A program made the translations under genes and the position numbers. The notes beneath the pieces were generated by a model. That model saw only the letters and a list, made by a program, of their open reading frames with translations, was not told where the DNA came from and did no database searches. Shown here piece by piece: positions 43,631 through 52,503 of a stretch of DNA of 64,000 nucleotides; the first letter of the stretch is position 1; the number at the start of each line of letters is the position of its first letter. Source of the DNA: Pedosphaera sp. (GTDB lineage: Bacteria; Verrucomicrobiota; Verrucomicrobiia; Limisphaerales; UBA1096); assembly GCA_022451065.1 (NCBI GenBank), contig JAKUOU010000019.1, forward strand, positions 4,203 through 68,202, read 5' to 3'.

Positions 43631-45235
43631 TTGTCATCCAAAAAAACAGAGAGTGTCAGCAAGTCGAAGTTGTGGTTTTGGCTGCGGATGGCTTGGTTGG
43701 TGGCGTACGCGCTGATGCTGGTGTCGATGCTGAATAACTTGGCGCGGCTGAACACCGATGCCATCTCCTACATGCGCGTCGCCGAATATTGGTCGATCGG
43801 TAACCTTGGCTTCGCGGTGAACGGTTACTGGGGGCCGTTGCTGAGTTGGCTGATGGTGCCGTTTTTATGGCTGGGCGTTGAGCCGTTGTTCGCTGCTAAA
43901 TTGGCGATGCTGATTTCTGGCGCGGTGTTTTTTCACGGCAGCCTGTTTCTCGTTCGCTCGGTTGGTCTGCGTTTGTCCGATGAGTTGATCGTGGCCTGGG
44001 TGCTGGCACTGACGATTCCCGGATGGATGTCGAATCACGTGACGCCGGACCTGCTGGTCGCCGGATTGATGGCCTTTGCGCTTGGCCAAGCGGTGGCGCC
44101 GGATTGGCTGGCTAATCGCAAGCGGGCACTTGGCACCGGCGCGACTTGGGGTTTGGCCTATCTGGCCAAGGCGGTGGCGCTGCCGGTCGGCGTGGTGGTC
44201 AGCGTTCTGTTGGCACTGTGCTGGCGGCTTGGCCAGGCGGAGAACCGGCGAGCGGCTTGGCGACAGTTGGGCGTGTCGCTTGGCCTGTTGGCACTGGTAG
44301 CGGTGCCTTGGATCACATTGCTGTCGTTGAAATATGACAAGCCGACCTTCTCGACTTCCGGCCCAATCGCCCATGCTGTTGTCGGCCCGGGAAAAGACAG
44401 GCCGGCACCACATCCGTTCGGCAGCATGATTAACAAACCGGACACGGGAAGGGTGACGGGATGGGAGGATCCGAGCCGGATGGAATACGACTACTGGTCG
44501 CCATTCGCGAGCGGCGAAAATTTTTCGCATCAACTCTCGCTAATTGGCCGCAACACCAAAACGGTGTTTCAATTATTGGCGGCCTTCGACGGAGTCGGGG
44601 CATTGCTTAAATGGTTCGGAGTCGGGACATTGGTTTTAGGCTTGGCACTATTCGCAAAACGGCCGTGGTCGAAAAACTGGCTGGCCGATCGCTGGCGATG
44701 GATGGTCATCCCGCTGATCTGCCTCGGCGGCATTTACCTGCCGGTTTATGTGATGCCGGTGGATCAGCGTTACTTCTATTTATTCCTGCCGCTGGTCATG
44801 ACTCTCACACTTGGCCTCGTTTCACCATTTTTCGCGAAGAAAATGCAAACCGGCTTGGTTTGGATGTTGATCTTCCTGCTGCCATTATTGTGGCGTGTAC
44901 CTGCGACATCCTTTGCTGGATCCTTGGCTCAAGACTTGGCGAAGCGGATGGATAGTGTCGGGATGGTAGGGCCATTTGTCGGCTCGACATTTTCGCCGGA
45001 GGGTCATCGGCTTGGTTTGTACGTTGCCTGGCATCTCGGCCAGCCATGGCATGGCGACGTCAGGCCAGCTTCGCTTGAAGCGTACAAACATTCCGGAGCC
45101 AGGTTTACGATCGCCATTGACGATTCGCCGTTGGCCAAGCAACTGGATGCAGATTCGGCTTTCAAAAATGTGAGTGTTAAATTAGGTGAAAAAGGATTCC
45201 TTGAGGTTTACGAGATTCAGGCGAGTCAGCCTTAG
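43631..45235 (+). CDS. polytopic membrane protein, GT-C (GT39/ArnT-like) glycosyltransferase candidate
   Basis: 534 aa. About 10 or more TM helices in the N-terminal two thirds and a soluble C-terminal domain. Context is GT2 + MTase. Family assignment is by architecture only. Start is TTG 43631 or ATG 43688. Confidence 0.5.
   Translation: MSSKKTESVSKSKLWFWLRMAWLVAYALMLVSMLNNLARLNTDAISYMRVAEYWSIGNLGFAVNGYWGPLLSWLMVPFLWLGVEPLFAAKLAMLISGAVFFHGSLFLVRSVGLRLSDELIVAWVLALTIPGWMSNHVTPDLLVAGLMAFALGQAVAPDWLANRKRALGTGATWGLAYLAKAVALPVGVVVSVLLALCWRLGQAENRRAAWRQLGVSLGLLALVAVPWITLLSLKYDKPTFSTSGPIAHAVVGPGKDRPAPHPFGSMINKPDTGRVTGWEDPSRMEYDYWSPFASGENFSHQLSLIGRNTKTVFQLLAAFDGVGALLKWFGVGTLVLGLALFAKRPWSKNWLADRWRWMVIPLICLGGIYLPVYVMPVDQRYFYLFLPLVMTLTLGLVSPFFAKKMQTGLVWMLIFLLPLLWRVPATSFAGSLAQDLAKRMDSVGMVGPFVGSTFSPEGHRLGLYVAWHLGQPWHGDVRPASLEAYKHSGARFTIAIDDSPLAKQLDADSAFKNVSVKLGEKGFLEVYEIQASQP
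44079..44092. repeat. iterated palindrome copy, 14 bp, inside CDS
   Basis: Read as A-L-G-Q-A in the GT-C-like membrane protein. Confidence 0.9.
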
Positions 45236-45283
45236 TGTATTTTTCTTTTCCGGAGGGGGCCGTGGTTTTATCCTCGCGTTACT

Positions 45284-47752
45284 ATGAACGGTTTGATTGG
45301 GAATGTTTTTACCTGCGCCGGATTGCTGTTAGTTTCGTTTGATTCGGTGCAAGCCGGGTTGACGACGGAACAGAAAGCCAAGCTGCCATCGCCGGCCAAG
45401 CACGCGATCAGTTTCGCCAGGGACATTTCGCCGTTGCTGGAAAAGAGCTGTACCAAGTGTCATGGCAAAGGCAAAGCCAAGGGCGGTTTCAGCATCGAAA
45501 CACGTGAAAAGTTGCTTCTCGGCGGTGACTCGGGCGGGGCGGTGGTTATCGGCAAGAGCGTCGACAGCTACTTGGTCGAGTTGATTTCCGGCATCGACCC
45601 TGAAAATGTCATGCCGCAAAAGGGCTCAAGGTTGACCCCGGAACAGGTCGGCTTGATTCGTGCCTGGATTGACCAGGGATTGCAGTGGGAAGAGGGGGCG
45701 ACATTTGCCAAGGCGCCGGTGCTGAACCTTAGCCCGCGCCGGCCGGAGTTGCCCGGTGACGAGGGCGGCCATCCGGTCGATCGCATTTTGGCGTCGTACT
45801 TCGCCAGGTACGGAGTGAAGACCAGCAGGGTGGTTTCGGATCGGCTTTTTGCCCGACGCGTGTATCTCGACACGATTGGCCTGTTGCCGCCAGTGAAGGA
45901 ACTGGACGAGTTTGTTGCCAGCACAGCGAAGGGCAAACGCCGCAAGTTGGTTCGCCGGTTGCTTGCCGATCACAAGCCGTACGCCGAGCATTGGTTGGCG
46001 TTTTGGAACGACATTCTGCGCAACGACTATGCTGGCACCGGCTTCATAGACGGTGGCCGCAAGCAGATCACCGGCTGGCTTTATGGTTCGCTCTATCAAA
46101 ACAAACCGTACGACCAATTTGTGTACGAACTGATCAACCCAAAGGAGCACTCGCGGGGCTTCACGAAGGGTATCGTTTGGCGCGGCGTGGTGAACGCCAG
46201 TCAAAAACCCCCGATGCAAGCGGCGCAACACATCTCGCAGATTTTCATGGGCGTGAACCTCAAGTGTGCCTCATGCCACGACAGTTTCATCAACGATTGG
46301 TCGCTTGCCGATGCCTACGCGTTGGCCAGTGTCTACGCTGACAAGCCATTGGAGATGGTTCAGTGCGACAAGCCGACGGGCGAGATTTCCGACGTTCGGT
46401 TCATCCATCCGGAGCTGGGCGCGATTGACCCGAAGGCGGATCGAGCCAAACGCATCGAGCAGTTGGCCAAGGCGGTGACGAGTCCGAGGAATGGCCGCCT
46501 CAGCCGCACAATTGTCAACCGGCTTTGGGCGCGGTTCCTCGGCCGTGGCTTGGTCGAGCCGGTTGATGAAATGGAGAACAAGTCGTGGCACACCGACCTG
46601 CTCGACCTGCTGGCAAGCGATCTCATCGACAACGGATACAATCTCAAGTTCACCATGGAGCAAATCATGACGTCGCAGGCGTACCAGTTGCCGGCGGTGA
46701 ATGGTGCCGAGCAGGAGGAAAAGAATTACGTTTTTCGGGGGCCACTGGTTCGCCGTATGAGCGCCGAACAGTTTGTCGATGCCATCGCGACAATCACCGG
46801 CAACTGGAAGCCGTCGCCGGCGAAGAAGATCAAGTTTGATGGGGCGAATCTCGCCGGCGTGAGGACGGGATTCGACCGGAATGATCTGCCACGGGGCAGA
46901 TGGATCTGGAGTTCGGCCGAGGCGGCCAAGGGCGTTGAGCCGGGCACGTCCTATTTTCGCAAACGCTTCGAATTGCCGCATAAGCCCAAGACGGCGAATG
47001 TCATCGCCGTGGCGGACAATTCATTCGTTCTGCTTGTGAACCATCGTACCGGTATAGCCGGCAAAAACTGGGAGGAACCGAAGTTCCACAACTTGGCCAG
47101 TCGATTCAAGAAAGGCAAAAATCTTGTCACGGTTTTAGCCACGAACGAAGGGAGCGGAAAAAACCCCGCGGGACTTTGGCTGGGCATTCGGTTTCAGTTT
47201 GCCGATGGCTCGACGATGGACATGGTGTCCGACCAGTCATGGAAAGTCAGTACCAAGAATTCTGATGGTTGGAACACGTCGGAGTTCGACGACACCACAT
47301 GGCGGGAGGCGTCGGAACTAGGAGGGATGGACATGGCTCCGTGGGGCTTGGCCAAGCGGATGAAAATGAGCGGCTCAGAACTGGCGTTTGGCGGGCGGTT
47401 TCGCGAGTCACTGCAAAACAAGACGGCGCTGACCACGGCGCTTGGCCGGCCGAACCGAGAGCAGGTGACCACCAAGCGCCCATCTGTCGCCACCACGCTG
47501 CAGGCGCTCGCGTTGACTAACGGCGAGGTCCTTTCGACGCTCATCAAGGACGGAGCCACCGCCCTGGCCGGCGAGGGCGGAGAGCAGCAGGGTTTGGCTA
47601 AGCGGGTGTTTCTGGCGGCGCTTGGCCGGTCGCCGAATCAAGCAGAATCGACAATGTTGGCAGAGCTGAGCAGTGGAGATAACGGGGCCGAGTCGGTCGA
47701 GGACGTGCTTTGGGCAGTGACGATGCTGCCGGAGTTTCAACTCATTTACTAA
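45284..47752 (+). CDS. PSCyt1/DUF1549/DUF1553 domain protein with an inserted beta-sandwich-like module
   Basis: CTKCHGKGKAKGGFSIE, CASCHDSFINDWS, C-terminal DUF1553-type end LPEFQLIY. No adjacent DUF1501 gene. Confidence 0.8.
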   Translation: MNGLIGNVFTCAGLLLVSFDSVQAGLTTEQKAKLPSPAKHAISFARDISPLLEKSCTKCHGKGKAKGGFSIETREKLLLGGDSGGAVVIGKSVDSYLVELISGIDPENVMPQKGSRLTPEQVGLIRAWIDQGLQWEEGATFAKAPVLNLSPRRPELPGDEGGHPVDRILASYFARYGVKTSRVVSDRLFARRVYLDTIGLLPPVKELDEFVASTAKGKRRKLVRRLLADHKPYAEHWLAFWNDILRNDYAGTGFIDGGRKQITGWLYGSLYQNKPYDQFVYELINPKEHSRGFTKGIVWRGVVNASQKPPMQAAQHISQIFMGVNLKCASCHDSFINDWSLADAYALASVYADKPLEMVQCDKPTGEISDVRFIHPELGAIDPKADRAKRIEQLAKAVTSPRNGRLSRTIVNRLWARFLGRGLVEPVDEMENKSWHTDLLDLLASDLIDNGYNLKFTMEQIMTSQAYQLPAVNGAEQEEKNYVFRGPLVRRMSAEQFVDAIATITGNWKPSPAKKIKFDGANLAGVRTGFDRNDLPRGRWIWSSAEAAKGVEPGTSYFRKRFELPHKPKTANVIAVADNSFVLLVNHRTGIAGKNWEEPKFHNLASRFKKGKNLVTVLATNEGSGKNPAGLWLGIRFQFADGSTMDMVSDQSWKVSTKNSDGWNTSEFDDTTWREASELGGMDMAPWGLAKRMKMSGSELAFGGRFRESLQNKTALTTALGRPNREQVTTKRPSVATTLQALALTNGEVLSTLIKDGATALAGEGGEQQGLAKRVFLAALGRSPNQAESTMLAELSSGDNGAESVEDVLWAVTMLPEFQLIY
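47346..47357. repeat. iterated palindrome copy, 12 bp, inside CDS
   Basis: Read as G-L-A-K-R. Confidence 0.9.
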
Positions 47753-47761
47753 ACGCTGACG

Positions 47762-48244
47762 ATGCAAATTCAGGTGGGAATTATTTCGGTATCGGATCGC
47801 GCGACGCAGGGCGTTTATGACGACGCCGGCGGGCCGGCATTGAAAGAGGTCGCGGCCGGCTACGGCTGGGAAATCGTCGCCGAGTCGGTGGTGCCGGATG
47901 AGGTTCGTGACATCCAGCGCGCGCTCCGCGAGCAGGTGAACAAAGGCTGCCATCTTATCCTGACGACCGGCGGCACCGGCGTCGCCACGCGTGACGTGAC
48001 TCCCGAGGCGGTGCGGGAAATGGCGTTGCGCGAGTTGCCCGGCTTCGGCGAGGTGATGCGTATCGAGTCGATGAAGATCACTCCCAACGCGATCCTCTCG
48101 CGCAACCTGGCCGCCGTGATCGACTCAGCGCTCGTGATCTGCCTGCCTGGCAAGCCCAAGGGCGCTGTTGAGTGCCTTGGCTTTGTAGAGGGCGCCATCC
48201 CCCACTGCATCAAGGTGCTGCAGGAAGTGCCGACGAGTTGCTAG
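47762..48244 (+). CDS. mog: molybdopterin adenylyltransferase (MogA)
   Basis: VGIISVSDRATQGVYDDAGGPAL, LILTTGGTGVATRDVTPEA, PGKPKG. Confidence 0.85.
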   Translation: MQIQVGIISVSDRATQGVYDDAGGPALKEVAAGYGWEIVAESVVPDEVRDIQRALREQVNKGCHLILTTGGTGVATRDVTPEAVREMALRELPGFGEVMRIESMKITPNAILSRNLAAVIDSALVICLPGKPKGAVECLGFVEGAIPHCIKVLQEVPTSC

Positions 48245-48254
48245 CCACCGCCAC

Positions 48255-48270
48255 CTGGCCAAGCGCTTGG
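48255..48270. repeat. circularly permuted palindrome copy between convergent stop codons
   Basis: CTGGCCAAGCGCTTGG contains the palindrome CCAAGCGCTTGG. It fills the gap between the mog TAG (48242-48244) and the amidohydrolase stop (48271-48273). Confidence 0.85.
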
Positions 48271-49185
48271 TTATTTTGGGATTCGAACGATGCGGCGGAT
48301 GTTGCCGCTCAAAAGCTTGTCCTGGATTTTTGTGTCCGGGATCAGTCGGCGGATGATGCCAATTGTTCGTGAGCCGATGCAGCTTGGCCCGCGCCCGATG
48401 ATGTCGTTGCAGTCGCTGCCGAAGATCAACTTGTCCTGGTGTCGCTTGATGAACTTGACCGCGTGCGCCTCGTCGCGGATGAGTGCGTTTTGCCCGGAGC
48501 CGGCCGACATGTCACCGAACATGTTCGGATAGTCGCTTAGCAGTCGATCGCTGATGCCCGATGGCGTGACGTTGCCTTTGGGGTACATGACCGTCTGGTC
48601 GTGGTTCTTGTCGATGTTTCCCCACCATGTTTGTGCGTGGCCGATGAAGTTCACCTTGGGGAATTTCTCGAGAATCTTATGGAACCGCTCGATGCCGAGG
48701 TTGTAGTTGCCGTGCTCGAAATGCATCAATATCGGCACGTCGTATTCCTGCGCCAGCTCGGCAATGCGCCCGATGTGTTTTGAATCGCACTCGACCTTGA
48801 ATTTCTGTTCGCCGATTCCGACCGCTCCCTTTTTCAAATGCGTCTCAATCGTTGGAATGCACTCCGGATGATCGGCGATCTCGTTGGCGAAGTGGACGTA
48901 GTTTCGCGGGTTTTTGACAACGACTTTGCGGACGGACTTATTTCCGCCGCAGTTGGCGGCGAGTCCGTACAGGCGGCCGGCCGGCAGCAGCACGGTCCAA
49001 TTCACACCCAGCGCGCGCTGGTGGCGCAGCAGCCGCTCGTCGTTACGGCCGCTGTAGTTCGTGTGCTGATGCAGATCGATGATTTCCTGCCTGGGCTTGC
49101 GGACGAGCGCTCGGCCGGGCAGGGCGGAGGCGGCGAGCGAGGCGGAGGTCGTAGCCAGAAACTTGCGGCGGGTGAGGGTGTTCAT
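48271..49185 (-). CDS. amidohydrolase family protein with Tat signal
   Basis: ORF 48271..49284 trimmed to ATG 49185 (MNTLTRRKFLATTSASLAASALPG). IIDLHQHTNY metal motif. Confidence 0.7.
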   Translation of the reverse strand: MNTLTRRKFLATTSASLAASALPGRALVRKPRQEIIDLHQHTNYSGRNDERLLRHQRALGVNWTVLLPAGRLYGLAANCGGNKSVRKVVVKNPRNYVHFANEIADHPECIPTIETHLKKGAVGIGEQKFKVECDSKHIGRIAELAQEYDVPILMHFEHGNYNLGIERFHKILEKFPKVNFIGHAQTWWGNIDKNHDQTVMYPKGNVTPSGISDRLLSDYPNMFGDMSAGSGQNALIRDEAHAVKFIKRHQDKLIFGSDCNDIIGRGPSCIGSRTIGIIRRLIPDTKIQDKLLSGNIRRIVRIPK

Positions 49186-49219
49186 GAGTTGAGTGTTTCC
49201 TTCACGAAGGTAGGACTCG

Positions 49220-49245
49220 CGCCTTGCCAAGGCGACTTTTTTCTT
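49220..49245 (+). terminator. terminator-like hairpin plus T-run in the leader of the sigma-54 regulator gene
   Basis: CGCCTTG-c-CAAGGCG inverted repeat (49220-49234) followed by acTTTTTTcTT. There is no plus-strand gene upstream for it to terminate. Confidence 0.3.
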
Positions 49246-49305
49246 AGCGTTGTGAAAACCGGCCCGGCTACCTATGCTGGGCAAGGCCAGTAAGGGCGCG
49301 CGCCA

Positions 49306-50757
49306 ATGGACAAACTTTTGCTCATCGATGACGAGGATGACGTACGCTACTCGTTTAAACGTATCTTCAGCTCACCCGATCTCAACCTCGAGACCGCTGC
49401 CAGCGGCGAGGAGGGGCTGAAGGTTATACATCGTTTTCAGCCGGATCTCGTGCTGATGGACGTCCGCATGGGCGGCATCAACGGGCTCGAGACGCTGCGC
49501 CGTATCCGGCAGGATGATGCTAAGTTGCCGGTGATCATGATGACCGCCTACGGCACCACGCAGACCGCGATCGATGCGATGAAACTCGGCGCGTACGACT
49601 ATCTGCTCAAGCCGTTTGACGTGCCCAAGCTCAAGCAGATTGTCACCGATGCGCTCAAGGCGGCGCGCGACATGAGGCAGGTTGTTGCCTGCGAGCCGCT
49701 CCTCGAGACGGAGGATTACGACCTGGGCATCGTCGGCCGCAGCCAGCCGATGCAGGAGGTGTTCAAGATGATCGGCCAACTGGCTGGCTCGGATGCCACG
49801 GCGCTGGTCACCGGCGAGAGCGGCACTGGCAAGGAACTGGTCGCGCGCGCGATCTACCACAATAGCCGGCGAAACGACAAGTCATACCTTCCGATCAACT
49901 GTGCCGCGATCCCGGAGAACCTGCTCGAGAGCGAGTTGTTCGGTCATGAGAAGGGATCCTTCACCGGCGCGATCTCGCAGCGCATCGGCAAGTTCGAGCA
50001 GTGTGACAAGGGCACGCTGTTCCTCGACGAGATCGGTGACATGACGCTGTCCACGCAGGCCAAGATTTTGCGCGTGCTGCAGAGCGGCACCATCGAGCGT
50101 GTTGGTGGTAACAAGCCGATCGTGGTGGACGTGCGGATCATTGCCGCGACAAACAAGCGGCTCGAGGAGGCGGTGGCTAGCAGGGAGTTCCGCGAGGACC
50201 TCTTTTACCGGCTGAACGTCGTGCGAGTAAGTCTGCCAACGCTGCGCGAACGCCGGGAGGATATCCCGCTGCTGATTGACTATTTCCTCAAGACAATTGC
50301 CAGCGCCGAGGGGCGCAAGCCCAAGTCGATTCTCGAGGACGCGCAGGAACGGCTGATGCAACACGATTGGCCCGGCAACGTGCGCGAGTTGGAGAACGTT
50401 ATTCGCCGCACAATCGTCATGGCCAAGGGTGAGGCGATCCGTGCTGACGACCTGCCGGCGGATATGCGTTTGTTAGGGAGAGATCCGGCCGGCACAAGCC
50501 AAGCGCTTGGCCAAGTGGAGCAGCCGCTGGCCGCCGCCATTGACCTTGGCACCATCTCGGCGAAGCTGTTCCACTGGGCAAAGGAACGGCCGGATATAGC
50601 CGTGCTGCCGGCGGTGGAACGCGAGCTGATTGCCCATGCGTTGCGCGAAACCAATGGCAACCAGGTGCGGGCGGCCAAGCTACTGGGCATCACTCGTGCG
50701 ACGCTGCGCAAACGCATCGAGAAGTTCAGCATCAAGCAGGCCGTCTCAGTCGAGTAG
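49306..50757 (+). CDS. sigma-54-dependent Fis-family response regulator (NtrC-like)
   Basis: Receiver domain (DLVLMDVRMGG), AAA+ (GESGTGKE, GAFTGA-like GSFTGA, ESELFGHEKG), C-terminal HTH (NQVRAAKLLGITRATLRKRI). Confidence 0.9.
   Translation: MDKLLLIDDEDDVRYSFKRIFSSPDLNLETAASGEEGLKVIHRFQPDLVLMDVRMGGINGLETLRRIRQDDAKLPVIMMTAYGTTQTAIDAMKLGAYDYLLKPFDVPKLKQIVTDALKAARDMRQVVACEPLLETEDYDLGIVGRSQPMQEVFKMIGQLAGSDATALVTGESGTGKELVARAIYHNSRRNDKSYLPINCAAIPENLLESELFGHEKGSFTGAISQRIGKFEQCDKGTLFLDEIGDMTLSTQAKILRVLQSGTIERVGGNKPIVVDVRIIAATNKRLEEAVASREFREDLFYRLNVVRVSLPTLRERREDIPLLIDYFLKTIASAEGRKPKSILEDAQERLMQHDWPGNVRELENVIRRTIVMAKGEAIRADDLPADMRLLGRDPAGTSQALGQVEQPLAAAIDLGTISAKLFHWAKERPDIAVLPAVERELIAHALRETNGNQVRAAKLLGITRATLRKRIEKFSIKQAVSVE
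50499..50515. repeat. permuted/tandem palindrome copy inside CDS
   Basis: CCAAGCGCTTGGCCAAG read as S-Q-A-L-G-Q-V in the sigma-54 regulator gene. Confidence 0.85.
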
Positions 50758-50781
50758 GGGTTCTGCGGTGATCCTAGCTCG

Positions 50782-51396
50782 CTACTTGGCGGAGAACAGA
50801 TTGCGTTTTCGTTGCCCGTAGGCGATTGAGCTATCCTGTCCACTGGATTGGGCCAGGCGCCAAAACCGCCAGGTCAACAGGATCAACATTGCGAGGTTCA
50901 CAATCTGCGACACGCCATGCCACACGGTGAATTTCCATTTGGCATTCTGAACGACGTCCGCTTTGTGTTCGGCATTCTCAATCATTGGCGGATCGCCTTC
51001 GATTTTCAGTTTGAACTGATACTTCTGTTGATGCCACACGGTGAGTTTCGGGTTGATGAATTTACCGCCGATCAGTGCAAGACCAAGCAGCACGCAAACG
51101 ATGGCAATGGCGCGTTTTGGAAATCTACCGCCGCTGTACAGCCATTCGATCAGTAGGTGTAACACAGCGACGACCCCGCAGATGGTGTGAAGCATAAAGT
51201 AGCGGCCGAGCATCGCCTGGGCAACTAAGCCATTGTATGGCGGTGGAGTGAAGTCGGTTACTTCGGAGGTGAAAAACACCGAGCCGGCGAGAAACGAAAA
51301 AAAGACCGAGCCGCCCACCCACACGGCGGCGTTGAACAGACCCGTAAATCTTATGAACCCCATCACGCCGCAGTATAACGCGACCGATTGCGTCAT
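50782..51396 (-). CDS. hypothetical integral membrane protein
   Basis: ORF 50782..51438 with ATG 51396 preferred. Four to five hydrophobic helices. No motif recognised. Confidence 0.45.
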   Translation of the reverse strand: MTQSVALYCGVMGFIRFTGLFNAAVWVGGSVFFSFLAGSVFFTSEVTDFTPPPYNGLVAQAMLGRYFMLHTICGVVAVLHLLIEWLYSGGRFPKRAIAIVCVLLGLALIGGKFINPKLTVWHQQKYQFKLKIEGDPPMIENAEHKADVVQNAKWKFTVWHGVSQIVNLAMLILLTWRFWRLAQSSGQDSSIAYGQRKRNLFSAK

Positions 51397-51481
51397 GCCA
51401 AGGTTGGTTTGCTCTCCACTAGGGGGTAAACGCTCCATTTTCTGTTGACCAAATCAAGCCTCAAATCTAGGTTTCCTTGCG

Positions 51482-52486
51482 ATGAACTCACGAATCCTAT
51501 TGTCAGTGGTGGCAGGGCTTTTGATGCTTGGCCTAACGCACAGCTCCGCCCAGGAAGAGCCTTTCACCGTCAAGAAAAACGGCGACAACTATCGCGTCGA
51601 GATTGATGGTAAGCTGTTCACCGAATACATCCCTACTGGATACAACAAGCCGGTGCTTTACCCGGTCATCGGTCCGCACGGCGTCAGCATGACGCGCAAT
51701 TACCCGTTCAAGGAGGTCGAGGGCGAAGCCAAGGATCACGTGCATCATGCGTCGTTGTGGTTCACGCACGGCGAAGTCAATGGCATCAGCTTTTGGCACA
51801 ACGGCAAAAACACGGGAAAAATCATCCCGGCCGAGCTGGTCCGTGCCGAGGGCGGTCGCCGCGGCTCGATCGTCTCGAAAAACAACTGGGTTGGTCCGGA
51901 CGACAAGGTTATCTGCACCGACCGGACATCGATCAGTTTCTATAAAGCGCTCGGTGGCACATTCGTGTCGTACAGCGTGACCGTCTTTGCATCGGAAGGG
52001 GACGTGACCTTTGGCGACACCAAGGAGGGCAGCATGGGTATCCGCACGCATCCGAACCTGCGCCTGACCAACGGCAAGGGTGTCACCACTGCCAACGGCC
52101 ACGCGCTCAACAGTGCCGGGCACAAGGACAAGGAACTCTGGGGCAAGCGCGCCAAGTGGGTCGATTACTGGGGCGAGATCGACAACCACACGGTCGGCGT
52201 TGCCATATTCGATCACCCGGACAATCTGCGCCACCCGACCTGGTGGCACGCCCGGGACTACGGTCTGGTTGCCGCCAACCCGTTCGGCATTCACAACTTC
52301 GAGGGCAAGAAAAAGGGCGTGGGCGACTTCAAGCTGAAGAAGGGTGAACAGCAGCAGTTCCTCTACGGCATCCTTTTCCACGAGGGCGACGCCCAGGCCG
52401 CTGACATTGCCGGCTCATACGCCAAATGGGTCGATGCCGTTGCCGCCTACAAGGTCAGGGCAGCGGAGCAAACTGGGAACAACTAG
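51482..52486 (+). CDS. PmoA-family / DUF6807-like secreted protein
   Basis: Signal peptide. KPVLYPVIGPHGVSMTRNYP and DHVHHASLWFTHGEVNG blocks as I recall them for this family. Confidence 0.6.
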   Translation: MNSRILLSVVAGLLMLGLTHSSAQEEPFTVKKNGDNYRVEIDGKLFTEYIPTGYNKPVLYPVIGPHGVSMTRNYPFKEVEGEAKDHVHHASLWFTHGEVNGISFWHNGKNTGKIIPAELVRAEGGRRGSIVSKNNWVGPDDKVICTDRTSISFYKALGGTFVSYSVTVFASEGDVTFGDTKEGSMGIRTHPNLRLTNGKGVTTANGHALNSAGHKDKELWGKRAKWVDYWGEIDNHTVGVAIFDHPDNLRHPTWWHARDYGLVAANPFGIHNFEGKKKGVGDFKLKKGEQQQFLYGILFHEGDAQAADIAGSYAKWVDAVAAYKVRAAEQTGNN

Positions 52487-52497
52487 CTTGGCCAAGC
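52486..52497. repeat. iterated palindrome copy, 12 bp, between convergent stop codons
   Basis: Starts on the G of the TAG at 52484-52486. Followed by gcgggc and TCA (52504-52506, cysE stop). The right flank GCGCGGG is the same as in the copy at 20260. Confidence 0.9.
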
Positions 52498-52503
52498 GCG
52501 GGC

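Noticed and set aside
48276-48292. A tRNA T-arm-like string GGGATTCGAAC.
   Set aside because: It lies inside the 3' end of the amidohydrolase CDS. No acceptor or anticodon stems can be drawn around it. No other tRNA- or rRNA-like sequence was seen in any spacer, and all spacers are 200 bp or shorter.
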